Assembly (NCBI RefSeq): GCF_006345805.1
Contig: NC_043008.1
Coordinates: forward strand, 1,984,001-2,048,000
From: Octopus sinensis
Taxonomy: Eukaryota
Direction of reading: 5' to 3'
DNA: 64,000 bases
This document shows, piece by piece, positions 14,207-27,838 of this stretch (positions are counted from its first letter, which is position 1; every line of letters begins with the position of its first letter). A model generated the notes under the pieces. It made no database searches and had not been told where the DNA came from. It saw nothing but the letters and a program-made list of their open reading frames with translations. The translations under genes were made by a program, and so were the position numbers.

Positions 14207-14935
14207 ATATATACATATATATAGATGTGTGTGTGTGCATGTTTGTGTGTGTGTGCATGTTTGTGTGTGTGTGAGTTTGTGCTACATTCTGTATAGACGC
14301 ATACGTACACATCCACCAATACATGCATATATATTAAGTAAAGACTTACATATTAAATGCTGATAACAGTATGCTTGAATAAAAGAGGCCTTAAACTATA
14401 TTGCAATAGTTTATTGTTGTCAGTGGTCGTATACGTTTTATGCCGATAGCATTTAACGTATTGTCAAGAATAATATAAATGCTCGAATTGTATTTAGAAG
14501 GACGGATCAAGGGAAAAATAGATTTGCTACTGTGTAATTCAGTTTCAAATAATATTTGAAAGGGGCAAGCTTTAAAGAAATTCCTTCCTGTTTATAGCCA
14601 AATGGGGCATTGATAACTCTCACGATATATAGCAAATTCGGATAACAAAGACTACATTATAAACTATTATTATTTTGTATCTATCATTCGTTCTGTGCTT
14701 TAGCTACGGTTTCTGGTCTCTATATTTCTCCACAGACACACAGTAACACATGCACATATATGCACATGTTCATGTGTAATGGAACCTGTTCCTCTCTCCA
14801 TATATTCATGCATATATATGTATATATGAACAAACACACACACAAACACACACATACACATACACACACACACATATATATATATATATTCATATACAAA
14901 CACACACACACACACACACACACCACACACACATA

Positions 14936-14975
<40 letters not shown>

Positions 14976-15289
14976 CACATAGATACATAGACACTCCTCT
15001 AATAGACACATGGATACGGTAACAATGCAGTTTTAAATATAATAGCAGCACTATAAGTGCTGGTTTTAAAACCTGTTTATAAGCAGTAGTGCTTTGAGTT
15101 AAATCTGAAATATTTGAAGAGATGCAACGAAAATCTAGGAGCAAACAGCTGTTAAAATTCCAGTTTTATCATTGTTCTGCCATGATAATAGCAATAACAG
15201 CAACAGTAACAATAATGGGTTTTTGTAAATCAGGAACAAACCCGAAATTTAACTGAACGGTTCTACGCTATTATACTCTTCCTTGTGTT

Positions 15290-15420
15290 CTTCAGGTAAT
15301 TATTTTATTGACCCGCAAATGATGAAAGTCAATGTTGTGTTCGGTATAATTTTGATCTCAGGACGTAAAAACTGATAAAATGCCGCTATTTTCTGTGCCG
15401 TGTTAACTGTTCTGCAAGGT
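15290..15420 (-). mobile_element. SINE family B, old fragment
   Basis: ttttattgacccgcaaatgatgaaagtcaatgtt..tctcaggacgtaaa..aatgccgcta aligns loosely to family B. Confidence 0.45.
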
Positions 15421-15435
15421 ACCCTACATTAAGAC

Positions 15436-15905
15436 AAGAAGAAGAAGGTGAAGAAGAAGAAGAAGAAGAAGAAGAAGAAGAAGAAGGTGAAGATGAAGAA
15501 GAAGATGAAGAAGGTGAAGAAGAGGAAGAAGAAAACAAGAAGATGATGATGAAGGGAAAGCAGGAGAAGAAGAAGGTGGTGATGATGATGATGCTGATGA
15601 TGATGAAGGTGAAGATGAAGAAGAAGGAGAAGAAGAAGAAGAAGGTGAAGAAGAAAAGGGTTATGAAGAAGAAGAAGGGGAGAAAGCGGAAGAAGAAGGT
15701 GGTGAGGGGAAGAAGACGAAGAAGGGGAAGAAGAAGAATGGGAGAAAGAAGAAAAACAAGAAGAACAGAAGAAGAAGGAGGAAGAGAAGGAGGGGTGGAC
15801 GAAGAAGAAGAAGGAGGAGGAGAAGAAGAAAAAGAAGAAGAAGAATAAGAAAAAGAAAAGGAAGAAGAAGAAAAGAGGGGAAGACGAAAAAGAAAAAGAA
15901 GGAAG
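15436..15905. repeat. Degenerate (GAA)n polypurine tract
   Basis: About 470 bp almost entirely A/G on the + strand; it explains the K/E/R-rich ORF 15543-15848. Confidence 0.9.
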
Positions 15906-17100
15906 ATATGTAACTTATATAAGAGTGTTTCTTTTTGTAAGTAGGTCTTTGTTTTTTCGAAGTTTAATTACATTCGGTGAGTACACTTTTGGAGGTCGGG
16001 CTGCTGCTTTCGTTAGGAGAGAAATACTGGAGATAGAAGTCGCCATCGCACATTCAGCACTGGCTTCAGGGTAACAAATATTTTCACTATATTTAGTACA
16101 CGTTCAATATGCAAAATGTTTAGTATTGTTTATCTTGTGAGTGGACTATAAAGATTCAGCTTTGTTTCAAATGTATGTTTAAGTGAGTAAATTGATGTTT
16201 TATTTCTTCTAGTTATTGTTTCTTTCGTGTTTCACAGAATTGGGTATCCCAGGTTTTGTGAACAACCTTCTGCAACATCACATTATGAATATGTCCTTTC
16301 CTGCGGAGCAATTGCATTACTTTTCCACTTCAAAGAATGATGTTGTTACTCACCAATATCTGTCGAGTCCCTGAGATATGAAAGGGCATATTTCATCAAC
16401 TGATGCACAACGATGCACAAAAATTTCTACTCCTCTTTCATTTGATTTCTCTTTCTTCTCGAACAAAGCAGCTCATCTGAAAAAGCTGCCTCTCAAGTTC
16501 TGTTTCTCAGAATTATCATTCACCATAAACGATCGCGTTTCAACTGTTCTGGATCTTTAAACATTTTACACCCTGATGTATATTTTATTACTATGATGTT
16601 GCAATCGTCCATATCTTTTGAGTCTAGATGTGTCTGGTTATTCTTAACCAACTAATTCTGCTCTAAAGTCTGCTGATTCGCAATATTTCAATGTAAATAC
16701 TGAGAGGTTCAAAGACATCTGCTTCCAGACCACATTCAATTTAGTAAGTGTTTGTGCTTGCTCAACATTTATGTTTGATTTTCATTGTTGTCTTCTTTTC
16801 TTGCTGACAGACTGTTGTATAAGTGTCCTATTAAAGTGCTCACACCTACATATTCGCTAATATATTTATCTAATCCATCTTGCGAAAATATATTTTCGCA
16901 TTAAGAAGCAAAATCTTTCAAGACAGTCAGGCAACAGCTGCAACCATACTTGAACATTCCTGTAAACTGTACCGCCTATCATTCCTTCCTTTCAAAATTC
17001 AAATTTGTTGACATTTTTATAATGAAATGTCTGTAGGAGTAGGCAATGCAGAAAGTAAGTATCTCTTATCATTAATAAAATGGGAATATCCTAATTATTG

Positions 17101-17146
17101 TGATGATGACAACGACGACGACGACGGCGATGACGATGATGATGAC

Positions 17147-17180
<34 letters not shown>

Positions 17181-17220
17181 GTGGCAATGAGAATATAGTA
17201 GAAAGTATCAGTATTATTGA

Positions 17221-17258
<38 letters not shown>
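17101..17258. repeat. (GAC/GAT)n followed by (ATT)n microsatellites
   Basis: Directly visible. Confidence 0.9.
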
Positions 17259-17259
<1 letters not shown>

Positions 17260-17460
17260 GGTGGCAAGCTGACAGAATCGTTAGCGCACTGGTCGAAATG
17301 ATTATCGATATCTCGCCTATTGCCACGTTCTGAGCTCAAATTCCGCCAAATTTGACTTCAATTTTCATCCTTTACGGGTTGATAAATTAAATACTAATTA
17401 ACACTGGGGTCGACTCATCTGCTCCTCCTAAATTACTACCTTTGTGGCAACATTTGAAAC

Positions 17461-17461
<1 letters not shown>
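17260..17461 (+). mobile_element. SINE family B with an expanded (ATT)n tail
   Basis: ggtggcaagctgacagaatcgttagc A-box region, gagctcaaattccgcc B-box, ctggggtcgac; runs directly into (ATT)n. Confidence 0.75.
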
Positions 17462-17524
<63 letters not shown>

Positions 17525-17557
17525 TTATTATTACTATTATTATTATTATTATTACTA

Positions 17558-17593
<36 letters not shown>

Positions 17594-17679
17594 TTACTAT
17601 TATTATTACTATTATATTATTATTACTATTATTATTATTATTATTACTATTATTATTACTATTATTATTATTATTATAC

Positions 17680-17721
<42 letters not shown>

Positions 17722-17770
17722 TATTATTACTATTATTATTACTATTATTATTATATTATTATTATTATTA

Positions 17771-17810
<40 letters not shown>
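17462..17810. repeat. (ATT)n microsatellite with ACT interruptions
   Basis: Directly visible. Confidence 0.95.
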
Positions 17811-17812
<2 letters not shown>

Positions 17813-19880
17813 ATCGTTGTCTTATCTTACACTTGGCACATTATAAATCGCCAGCTGCCGTGATGACAGGTGAGACGTAAGTTTTTAAGTTATCCGAAAT
17901 CGCCCAAGTGCCTTTCTATTCAAGACGTATAATCCACCCATTGCCTGATGTATGCCATGTGAAGGATGTTATCTTGTTCAAATCATTTCAATATATCACC
18001 CATCAGATTGACAAACTACGGACAGAAATCTTGATAGTTGTGTTAGCATAGAAATAGGGCTAAACTAAAACAGAAGTGATTGCAGCATTTCTTTGAAGCG
18101 ATAGCAGCATTCGCTTTTGTTTAGACACCTAGCAATCAGATGCAGAAGAATTTTGGCATAATCTCTTACAGCTTGTCGGATAATCTTTTCAAACCTGGCA
18201 AGTGGCCCTTTCATGCATCGCTGCATGCTGTTCGAATCATTATGTCATGTATCCGAAACATTAAAGCATCTTGACACTGAGATCCAAACACATAATTTTC
18301 TGTTTGAAAAGCATTCATCACTCTAAATCAAAACCGAAATTATGGGTTTGTTGCTCTGCTGCACTTCTGCTACTACTTCCGTTTCTTTTTGTGTTACATG
18401 TCACATCTAAGCCTTCGACAACGAAGCCTTCCAAATTTCATTTGATTAATTGTGTGAGGACCAAAATATCTACAATGTTACCTTAGATATATTTTTTTGA
18501 GATTCTAACTAACACTACTTCAAAGCTATTTTTCTCATTACAAATATTTCTTCGAAATATTCAACAACATTGAAAAGTGAATAGCTTATCTTTTCTCTAT
18601 CAACTACCATACAGATGTCTCTATCTACCATTTACTTCATCCGATACGGGATGGCCATTTCAATATACGGCGAAAGGAAACAAATACTATCGTTCTAGGA
18701 ATGTCAAGAAGAACACACATGGCACTGTAGATTCTACGCAGTATAAGAAATAATCAGTGGTCACGTGCAATAGCTTGCGACTGATACATTCGTTTAAATA
18801 AGATAAATCAAAAAGTACAGATTCAGAACTACTCACACAAAAGAATACAACGCAAACTTCTGATACCGTATCAGATTTAATATGTGTCAATTTGCCCTTT
18901 ATTTGTAGGTCAGACAGAAGATATACATGGCAGCTTTGCAATTCCGATGATCGAAAAAATATTAGCATTATGCGTAATAGTGTAAGATATAGAATGTCTT
19001 CCAGGTGTTGCAGTGGGTCTGTGTGGTATATCGATTCACTTTCCAAATCATGAGTTGCATAAACATCAAAGAGAAAATTAATTTTCCTTTAGCTTTCATC
19101 GAGATTTTATGAATTAGCGAGTGCAATGGAGATTTTCACTGTAACATATATTTAAAAAATTCGATGACTGGCAATATCGATTTGATTAGTATTCATGTGA
19201 ACTTTATAAGCTGCTATTTTTAATGTATGTTACACTTGAAGTTTTAAATATTGCATTTCAGGTGTAGATTTTTAATAGAGTTTAATTCGAAATCTTCTTA
19301 AAATGAGATGCTGTGTTAATGCTTATAAAAAAAAATATATGCATATAATTTTCTTTTGTTCTGTGCTACTAGTTGGAAAAATTACTGGAGGTGCAGAAGT
19401 GTTGATTTTTTTTTCTTTTATTGAAATCACATGTGTGTCAGGACTGTATGCATTAGGAATATGTAGCTTTTCTATTTCAAGTAATACTTTTCAAAAGTAA
19501 GCTTTCATCTGACGGTGAGTTCATATTTTATAAGAGAGAGAAAAGCCATGGTTCCTCTATATGTCGTTATTTTCTTCGTTATAAAACGGAAACTATCGTC
19601 TTATCAATATCTATAGAATAGTGAAAGCCAAATGCTTATTGTCATAATGATATTTTAATATGCAGATATACTCCACATACTCACAACGGTATTTCTATGC
19701 AGCGTGACGCTACACCAACGTCGGTGTTAGATATTTGGAATAGATTTTATAAGGGATTCATCTAAAAGGGAAAGGTCCAGGATTTTTAGTGAGGATTTAC
19801 TGTTGGGTTATCTAGGTTTGTGTAGTACGACATAGGGTACGAAATACGTGAAAATGTAATACTTCTTTTTTTTCTATCAG

Positions 19881-19964
19881 ATGCTGCATGTACGGAACCA
19901 TTTGTGTCTCAAATTAGCAAATTTGGATATTCTACTTAGACCGAAAACAAAATAACCTTGACAG
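19881..19964 (+). other. Candidate non-coding exon (84 nt)
   Basis: Strong acceptor ttcttttttttctatcag| and donor ACAG|gtgaga. All three frames contain a stop. Confidence 0.3.
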
Positions 19965-20029
19965 GTGAGAGGATGTTGCTTTGCTAATAGGCAAGTGATG
20001 TGTAAATGAATACTGAATGTTGTCATGTG

Positions 20030-20127
20030 TGACGTCAGGCAAAGAGGGGCAATGATTGGTACTTCTCTTTTGGTTATTGCACTCTTCGTAGTAACACATT
20101 CACATTAGTGCAAATATCGCATGCGCA
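20030..20127. promoter_or_regulatory. Promoter/enhancer-like motif cluster (CRE, CCAAT, NRF1-like)
   Basis: TGACGTCA at 20030-20037, GATTGG at 20054-20059 and CGCATGCGCA at 20118-20127, all within 100 bp. Confidence 0.35.
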
Positions 20128-21029
20128 ATGTGGCCATTCAGGCTTCCAAGTAACCTCCATGTTACGTTCATTGCTTAGATGTTACCCTTGCAATGGAAAC
20201 ACTAAATGCAAAGAACGATAAGACAATGAAATAACCTCACCTGTGACACACAGAGGGGGAGAGAGAGTGAGAGAGAGAAAGAGAGAAAGAACGAGGGAGA
20301 GGGAAAAAAGAATGTTTGTCGTCACGAATATGGAGGATATTATTAAGAATACAATAGAAAATGATGATAATAATGATTAAATTTTACAGAAATTCTATCA
20401 TATTTCTGAAAGTTGTTACTCTCCTGAATCACTGCTACTGTCTGTGAATTCATTCCCTGTCAGCGTTTATATTTATCCGCTCATGACATTGCCGGACCGA
20501 ATGATAATGCGCAGAGGGCGGAATCATAATAATATCCCATGTGCAACTGAAGAAGGAATCATATTTGATATGAATATTTGTAAATTTTTTATATCTTGTC
20601 GCTTCATTATTCTGAGTTTTTTCCTTCACGCAACTCTGAATACCTGTTCGACTTGATTGTTTGTGATTATTACATATACATACATACAAACGTATATACG
20701 TACATGCATACATGCATATGTAATACATATATAAAACATATATACATTCGTGCATACACGAGAAATGAGGCTTCCCAAAACCAGAAAGGGGAAAGCTGAT
20801 TCGACGACTACAGAACCAAGCTATCACTGAAGCAGTAAAAAATTGTAAAACTTTCCAGAAGTTTATCTAGACATGCATCTACATGCATGAGAATACACAC
20901 ATGAAACAAATCGTACAAATCCGCACGTATACATACATACATACATATATAATACATTCATACATACGTACATACATAATATGACCCGATGCAAAATAAG
21001 GTTGGTAATCATCACTGAGTCGCACTGTT

Positions 21030-21425
21030 AGCACCTTGTCACAGTGTAAAAGTTGCGCTACAGCAAATACTTTACTGTCACAGATCTGCTTGTCAGTTCT
21101 TCGATCGGGCATGTTCCTTTGTGGCTGTCAATATGGATATCACTGATCGCTAGTAGGAGTAGTGAGGGAGTATCGTAGCAATGTGTTGAAATGGATTTTG
21201 GGGGATTTGAATAATTCCCCTTTGGAATCATAGGTGTTTCCTCAATCATCGTAAAAGAGCCTTTATTCTGTGACCTTTTGAACGGAATGGGATATTCGTC
21301 CGGGAGAAAATTCTAACTGGGCCCCACCTGCAAGTTCAAATATTGTTTACCTCGACATCAGATCACCGGGTCACACATATATTATTGTGATACGTGTACT
21401 TGGTGTTCCCTTTATCAAACATTTT
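21030..21425 (+). mobile_element. Old copy of the (AAT)n-tailed element at 44786-45283, opposite orientation
   Basis: Reverse complement aligns over about 300 bp (cactact.ct.ct...gatcagtgat, cagcca..aagg.acatgc, aagca.atctgtg, tatttgc.gtagc). Confidence 0.75.
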
Positions 21426-23431
21426 GTAATGTAGAATACATTCGGTTTCATATTTTCGTTCCCCAGTGTTACGTTAATTACGTGTACGGCTCTCTCAATC
21501 AATAATAATAATAGATAATATATAAATATACGTGGGTGCCTGTCTGTCTGTCTGTTTCTATTTATGTATTATGTATGTATGTATGTATGTATGTATGTAT
21601 GTATGTATGTATGTATGTATGCATGTATGTATGTATGTATGTGTGTATGTATATATGTGAGTATTAGTCTTGTGTGTGTAATTATTTTCTTTGGGAGAAA
21701 TGAGAATAAATCTTGCCGAATTATTAAACAAGTCCAGTTTTGAAATATCTATATAACGACATGAATATCTATTCATAAACTACGTAAGGATGTATACAAC
21801 ATAAGCTGTCTCCAGTAACATAAGAATTGACTGACACAATATTTTGATACAAAATATCTATTAAGCGTAAAAGTATGAATAACGTATGAAACGAAATAGT
21901 AATTGCTATAAATATGACAGTTCATTATAATCCAGAACCTCTTCTCCAAAAGTGAAAGGCATTTTGGTTGAGCTCATTGAAATTATGTAGGAGGAAACCT
22001 ATGGAAACAAATATGATTACATCACTAAATACTAATACTGTTGTATCTCAAAAAACAAACAAAAAGGGTTTAAGCATTCTAATAGCGAAATGAGTATGAA
22101 ATCTTTCTCGTATCTCCAATATCTGTCACATCCAAATACTACTCGTCGTAGCAAACGCGACAGTTGCTTCAACCAAAATTATGCTTCTGTAAATCCAAAT
22201 CCAAGGATTAGTCGACGTATATTTACACTGAGAGAACAAAACAGAAAGGTTTTGCAATATTTTTTTTAGTGAATTCATTCACGGCAATATTAAATACATT
22301 ACGTAAACTTCAAAGTTCTGTTGTCTTGGGCGATAGGACGTTTAATACAGTGGAGAAGACATTCCTTGTTCGGTTTGACGTACAAGTCTTCCTTTTAATA
22401 TTAATCTCAGCTTAAACTCTTGGAGGCAAATATATTTTACGTTGCTGCACATATCATACAAATTCAGTCTCTTAAAACCATGTTATGTTATTTTATGAGA
22501 TGTTGCACATCTCCAACGTAGTTACCAATTTGAGATTAGAATCTTACATAAATGTAAATATCTCAGTGCGTCAGAAGAGAATGCTACCGTTTCCCAACTA
22601 TCTTTTCTTCTATCGAATTAATTATTAAAGATATGAAGACATTCATAATATCAATACACAACTTGCACACGAAGCACATACATGTATGTATGTATATATA
22701 CCTATCACTGTTTCTATATAGGCGTGTGTACGTGTATGTACGTGTGTGAATGTGTGTTTGATAGCGTGTGTGTGTATGTTATGGAGTGTGTGTTGCGCGA
22801 TGAGGACAGGTGTTCAACACCACATTGATGGATAAAGATTTTTTATTTTTGTATTAAGGATAACATTCATTTGTTGTTTTTGGACCGTATCTCGCTTCCG
22901 AAAAGTTTTTCACTTTTAACGAATAGCTTTTTGAAAAATTCTGAGAATTCACCGAAGATACAATCTCTTTTATCAATTTTTGTGGGAGCTGTGCTCCAAG
23001 TTGTGGCGTTCCGGGTTCAAGTTGGATTACCAAATAGGCCTGGATTACCGAGTGGGTACAATACTTTTTGCTTGCTGTGTTCTTTTGTTTTTTAACTGTA
23101 ACGGTTTTTTTCTTCCTTCAATCTTTTTTATTATTTTTTTTATTGAAGTGTTTTCTTTCTTCTTCCGTCCTTTATGCTGTGGTTTTCTTTTGATTTCTTT
23201 GTTTTCCGTCTTTCTGTTTTTGAATTTTTATCTGATCTGTTTTTGGACATTTTATTTGAAAACAAATACAAGGCAAAGAACAAGGACAATGTTTTGTAGC
23301 AAAAAGTAGTGGTGGCAATAATTTCTATACAATGTTTGTAGGAACAACCATAACAAAATAATGTAAGAAGCAACGCTGATGCAGTATAGAGCGTTACTGA
23401 CTTATAAAAACATATTTCCATATATCCCTCC

Positions 23432-23451
23432 ATCTATCTATCTATCTATCT

Positions 23452-23521
<70 letters not shown>

Positions 23522-23567
23522 CTTCTATCCATCTATCTATCTATCTATCTATTTATCTATCTATCTC

Positions 23568-23624
<57 letters not shown>

Positions 23625-23626
23625 GA

Positions 23627-23678
<52 letters not shown>
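23432..23678. repeat. (TCTA)n plus (TA)n microsatellites
   Basis: Directly visible. Confidence 0.95.
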
Positions 23679-23681
<3 letters not shown>

Positions 23682-23684
23682 ATA

Positions 23685-24070
23685 GGCGCAGGGGTGATTG
23701 TGTGGTAAGAAGCTTGACACCTTGGGCTAGTGTCTTATACTATAGCCTCGACTCGACCCAATCCTTGTGAGTGCTCTTGGTAAACAGAAACTGAAAATAG
23801 CCCATCGCATGCGGACAAACACAGACGCATGAATATATATATATGTGTGTGTGTGTGTGTGTATGTATTTCTGTGTCTGTGTTTAGCCGCCCCACCATCG
23901 CTAGGTAGCCGATGTTGGTTTGTTTACGTAACCGTAATACAGGGGTTCGGCAAAAGACACCGATAGAAGAAGTAGTAGGCTTGCAAAGAATAATTCCTGG
24001 GTTCGATTTATTCCACGACGGTGGTACTCCAGCATGGTCGCAGTCACGTGACTGAAACAATCATAAGAAT
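23685..24070 (+). mobile_element. SINE family A with an internal deletion in the tRNA head
   Basis: ggcgcaggggtgattgtgtggtaag..ccttgggctagtgtc; internal (TA/TG)n; 3' end ccagcatggtcgcagtcacgtgactgaaacaa. Confidence 0.8.
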
Positions 24071-25109
24071 GAAAATATACGTATGTACATATGTATGTAT
24101 ATGCAATGTTCTCCTATTCCAAGCGTAATGATTTAACATTAACATTGACGGTGTTCGTTGTCATGGGCTGTTTGGCCTAATGGTAGGTCATTCTCTCTCT
24201 CTCTCTCTATGTATGAATGTCATAGGATTTGATTTACGGAGTCACCTGCTGTCAACTATCTTTCCCTCTTAAAAGCGTAAATAACCAATCTTTTTTCTGC
24301 TTTTTCCCCGGTGTCCCGCGTTGAGTATTTACTTTCTTGTAAATTACATACATCGAAACAAATAAATATGTATGTAAGTCTGTATTTACTGTATCATCTT
24401 ACGATATATATATATATCTAAGTCTTATATTTGGAAATCAGTTTTATTACAAGACACTTTCCGAATGATAAACATTCTAACCTACGACCAAGAACCAAAA
24501 TTTATTCTTTATCAAATGTAAGCAAACGTTTAGTTGTAAATGGACGAGGAATCACAACGACATCCAACAACATGGTCTGATACTACACAACTCACTTCTC
24601 TAAAAGGGAGGAAGAATAAATGTCACACCAACAGAAGCCTCTTAACATGTAAAAGTACATGTTAATATTCCCCAGCGTCAGAAACGCCATGATAAGTTAC
24701 TACTAACATAATATTATATCTCGGTTGTTGATTTGCTAGTTTTCTTGTAGTACTTTTAATCAAAATTACGGGATAATTACATTTTCTCACTTTTCTCGAT
24801 TCTGTCAGTAGCATTGATACCATCAGCATCATCGGTGTTTTTATGATAAAGCTAATAAGGATAATGATACAAATGAATAATAAAAAAATTGCGGTAAATC
24901 GAAAAAAAAATTGCTAATATTTTTAAGACCAGCTTATCATCATCCACATCATCATCATCATTCTTCCAGTTTTTATTTATATTATTATTACTGGTATTTT
25001 TAGTGCTGATGATGATAACAAGAATAACAATAATAGTAATAATATTAACAAGAGCTACAAAAATATCAACAACAACATCAAAAACTATAATTATGAAAAA
25101 TAACAATAA

Positions 25110-25134
25110 GAAATATAATAATAATATAATAATA

Positions 25135-25181
<47 letters not shown>

Positions 25182-25241
25182 TAATAATAATAATATTAAT
25201 AATAATAATAATAATAATATAATAATATAATAATAATAATC

Positions 25242-25310
<69 letters not shown>

Positions 25311-25325
25311 CTAATAATAATAATG
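25110..25325. repeat. (AAT)n microsatellite
   Basis: Directly visible. Confidence 0.95.
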
Positions 25326-26158
25326 TTAATGACAATTATTATAGAGAACATTAAAAACCAGCATCATAATGATGCAGATGTTGATTATTATAATCAAATT
25401 CTTTTTTGTATTTTGCTTGAAATATGATTTTATTTCATTTATTCCTTAAGTATTTGTTGTTTTATAATAATTTATCGGAAAAAAATTATAAATAAAATAA
25501 CAAAGCGAACAACATTATTAAAACAAATTTCAGTCACTGATTACATTTCTGCTTCGATGAATTACTTCAAGAAGTTAATTTGCTTCAACAGCCATTTCCA
25601 TGGCTTTCTAGCAGAACTCATCAGACTCAAAAAGATATTCATCAAACACAGCTATGCCACAACATGCATGTTCCATTGGGGAACTTTCAAAGAAGAACAG
25701 AAGAGCGAACTCACAATAGCTAAACCGCTTGAACAGGAATAAGGTTTAAGGTGCAGGACATCAAACATGAAGTTCATAAATTAAAAACCTCATAGTGCCA
25801 AGGAGTCGTGAATTCTGTTGAATCGCATTATTCTATTTGTCATATTAAAAGCAAAAAAATAATGACCGTTCAGTTAGTCATAGGAAACGGCAACCAGCTG
25901 TTAAGGAATTAATGAAACAATGCGTATAAATCTGAAACAGATTACGAATATCAACCCCTGATTGACAAAAGTAAATGTGTTTTGCGATTTAAACAACATA
26001 ATAGGAAGTTAATTTAGATATGACGTATAAACGGGTTAAAATTATTAAACACTTGAATCGTTGATCTAAACTTGTTATTTTCGTTGTCGTCCTTACTAAA
26101 TAAGCAGCAGAAGTTTGTAAACAGGGCGTTCGAAATTTTGTCAATATCTATCTATCTA

Positions 26159-26316
26159 GGTGTAGGAATAGCTTGCTATGTGGTAAGTAGCTTGCTAAAC
26201 AACTCCATGGTTCCGGGTTTAGTCCCACTACCTGGCAACTTGGGCAAGTGTCTTCTACTATATCTTCAGGTAGACCAAATCCTTGTGAGTGACGGAAACT
26301 CAAAGAAATCGGGCGT

Positions 26317-26396
<80 letters not shown>

Positions 26397-26635
26397 AGAT
26401 ATATTTATATATATATATAAGTATATGTGTGTGTTTCTGTGTTTGGCCCTCCCAATGTTGCTTGATAACCGACGCTGGTGTATTGCCGTATCCGTAACTT
26501 AGCGGTTCGGTATAAGAGTCCGATATAATATGTACTAGGTTACAAAGTATAAGACCTGGGGACGACGTACGCCACTGGAGACGGTGTTCCACCATGGTGA
26601 CAGTCAACTGACTCAAACAAGCAAGAGTAACAGAA
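26159..26635 (+). mobile_element. SINE family A, full length, with expanded internal (TA)n(GA)n
   Basis: tgtggtaagtagcttgct..ggttccgggtttagtccc..ttgggcaagtgtcttctactata; 3' half ends gacagtcaactgactcaaacaagcaagag. Confidence 0.85.
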
Positions 26636-26714
26636 TAAATGAATATCTATCTATCCATCTAGATACGTGTATATATATATATATATATATATATATTCTT
26701 ATATTTTTTTAAGT

Positions 26715-26790
26715 AATTTGACAGTGACTCTGCTGGAGCATCGCATTTGTTCGAGCAAATCGACCACAGGATATCTGTTCCTCTTCGCTT
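26715..26790 (-). mobile_element. SINE family A 3' fragment
   Basis: tgctggagcatcgc..ttcgagcaaatcgacc.cagga is the reverse complement of the family A tail. Confidence 0.55.
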
Positions 26791-27020
26791 TAAATCAAAA
26801 TTTTCCAGCTGCCGTAACCATTCGAAATACCTGTGCCCTCTGCAGAAAGTTGCTATTTCAGAGCACCCTAGGGAGATTAGCAATTTTTACTGCAATTTTT
26901 TATAAATTTTTACCAATATTTGATAAGACGGGATTCATAATCGAAGTCGGTTATATTTCCGTTATATAATTCTTACATTGAAATATCTTAGATTTACTTC
27001 ACTGCTATTCCCACACCCAG

Positions 27021-27064
<44 letters not shown>

Positions 27065-27141
27065 CATTAATAGAAATGAGAGGTAAACGTTCCAATGCTC
27101 CTGTCAAAGCACGTAATTGTTCATATATATGTCAAAATATA

Positions 27142-27173
<32 letters not shown>

Positions 27174-27415
27174 TTGTGTGTTTGTGTGTACATGTATATA
27201 TTTATATCAGCAGATGAGTAGACAAACGAAAGGAGGCCCTCAAGACATTTAGTAAACGTTCCGCATTAATATTATCTAGAAAGTTAATTAGGCCCCTTAC
27301 AATTTGACGACCTGTAGGCATCTTACAAATACCTTGTCCATTACTTTCAGATTCCCTTCACTGACGTTGAAAAGTTGTTTAAGGCAATAATCATAATAAC
27401 AATGTCTCTCTCTCC

Positions 27416-27446
<31 letters not shown>

Positions 27447-27665
27447 ATATATATATTTACATACAGGGAAAAAGTATTAAATAAAAGTTAATTTAATTGG
27501 TCATTAATGGCAAAACGCTTGAGTATGAGATTAACAGAAATTTTTAACAACGTGCTTTAATGTCAGAATTCTCTTCCTGGTTTGGGGGATTTGACTGTCA
27601 TTTTTAGCATGTAAGAAAGCCACATGGTTGTTTTCTCTCCGTGTTTATTTCATACATTATTATAC

Positions 27666-27696
<31 letters not shown>

Positions 27697-27794
27697 TGCA
27701 TATATTTGTATTCACAGACACACTCTCACTCTCATACACACACTCGCACAAACAAATAAATAACTAAACACCCGCGCCCCCACACACATATGCA

Positions 27795-27838
<44 letters not shown>

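Noticed and set aside
15543-15848. K/E/R-rich 101-aa ORF
   Set aside because: It is a reading of the GAA tract, with no splice context or domain.
16230-17000. Good acceptor at 16238 and a minus-strand donor near 16350
   Set aside because: All candidate exon frames hit stops and I found no homology.
17900-19050. Coding-like sequence including ORF 18687-19046 (considered Helitron or hAT relic)
   Set aside because: No diagnostic motif could be aligned, and there are stops in all frames.
22870-23300. Basic minus-strand ORF (MSKNRSDKNSK...)
   Set aside because: It is driven by a T-rich low-complexity tract; possibly a TE relic, but unidentifiable.
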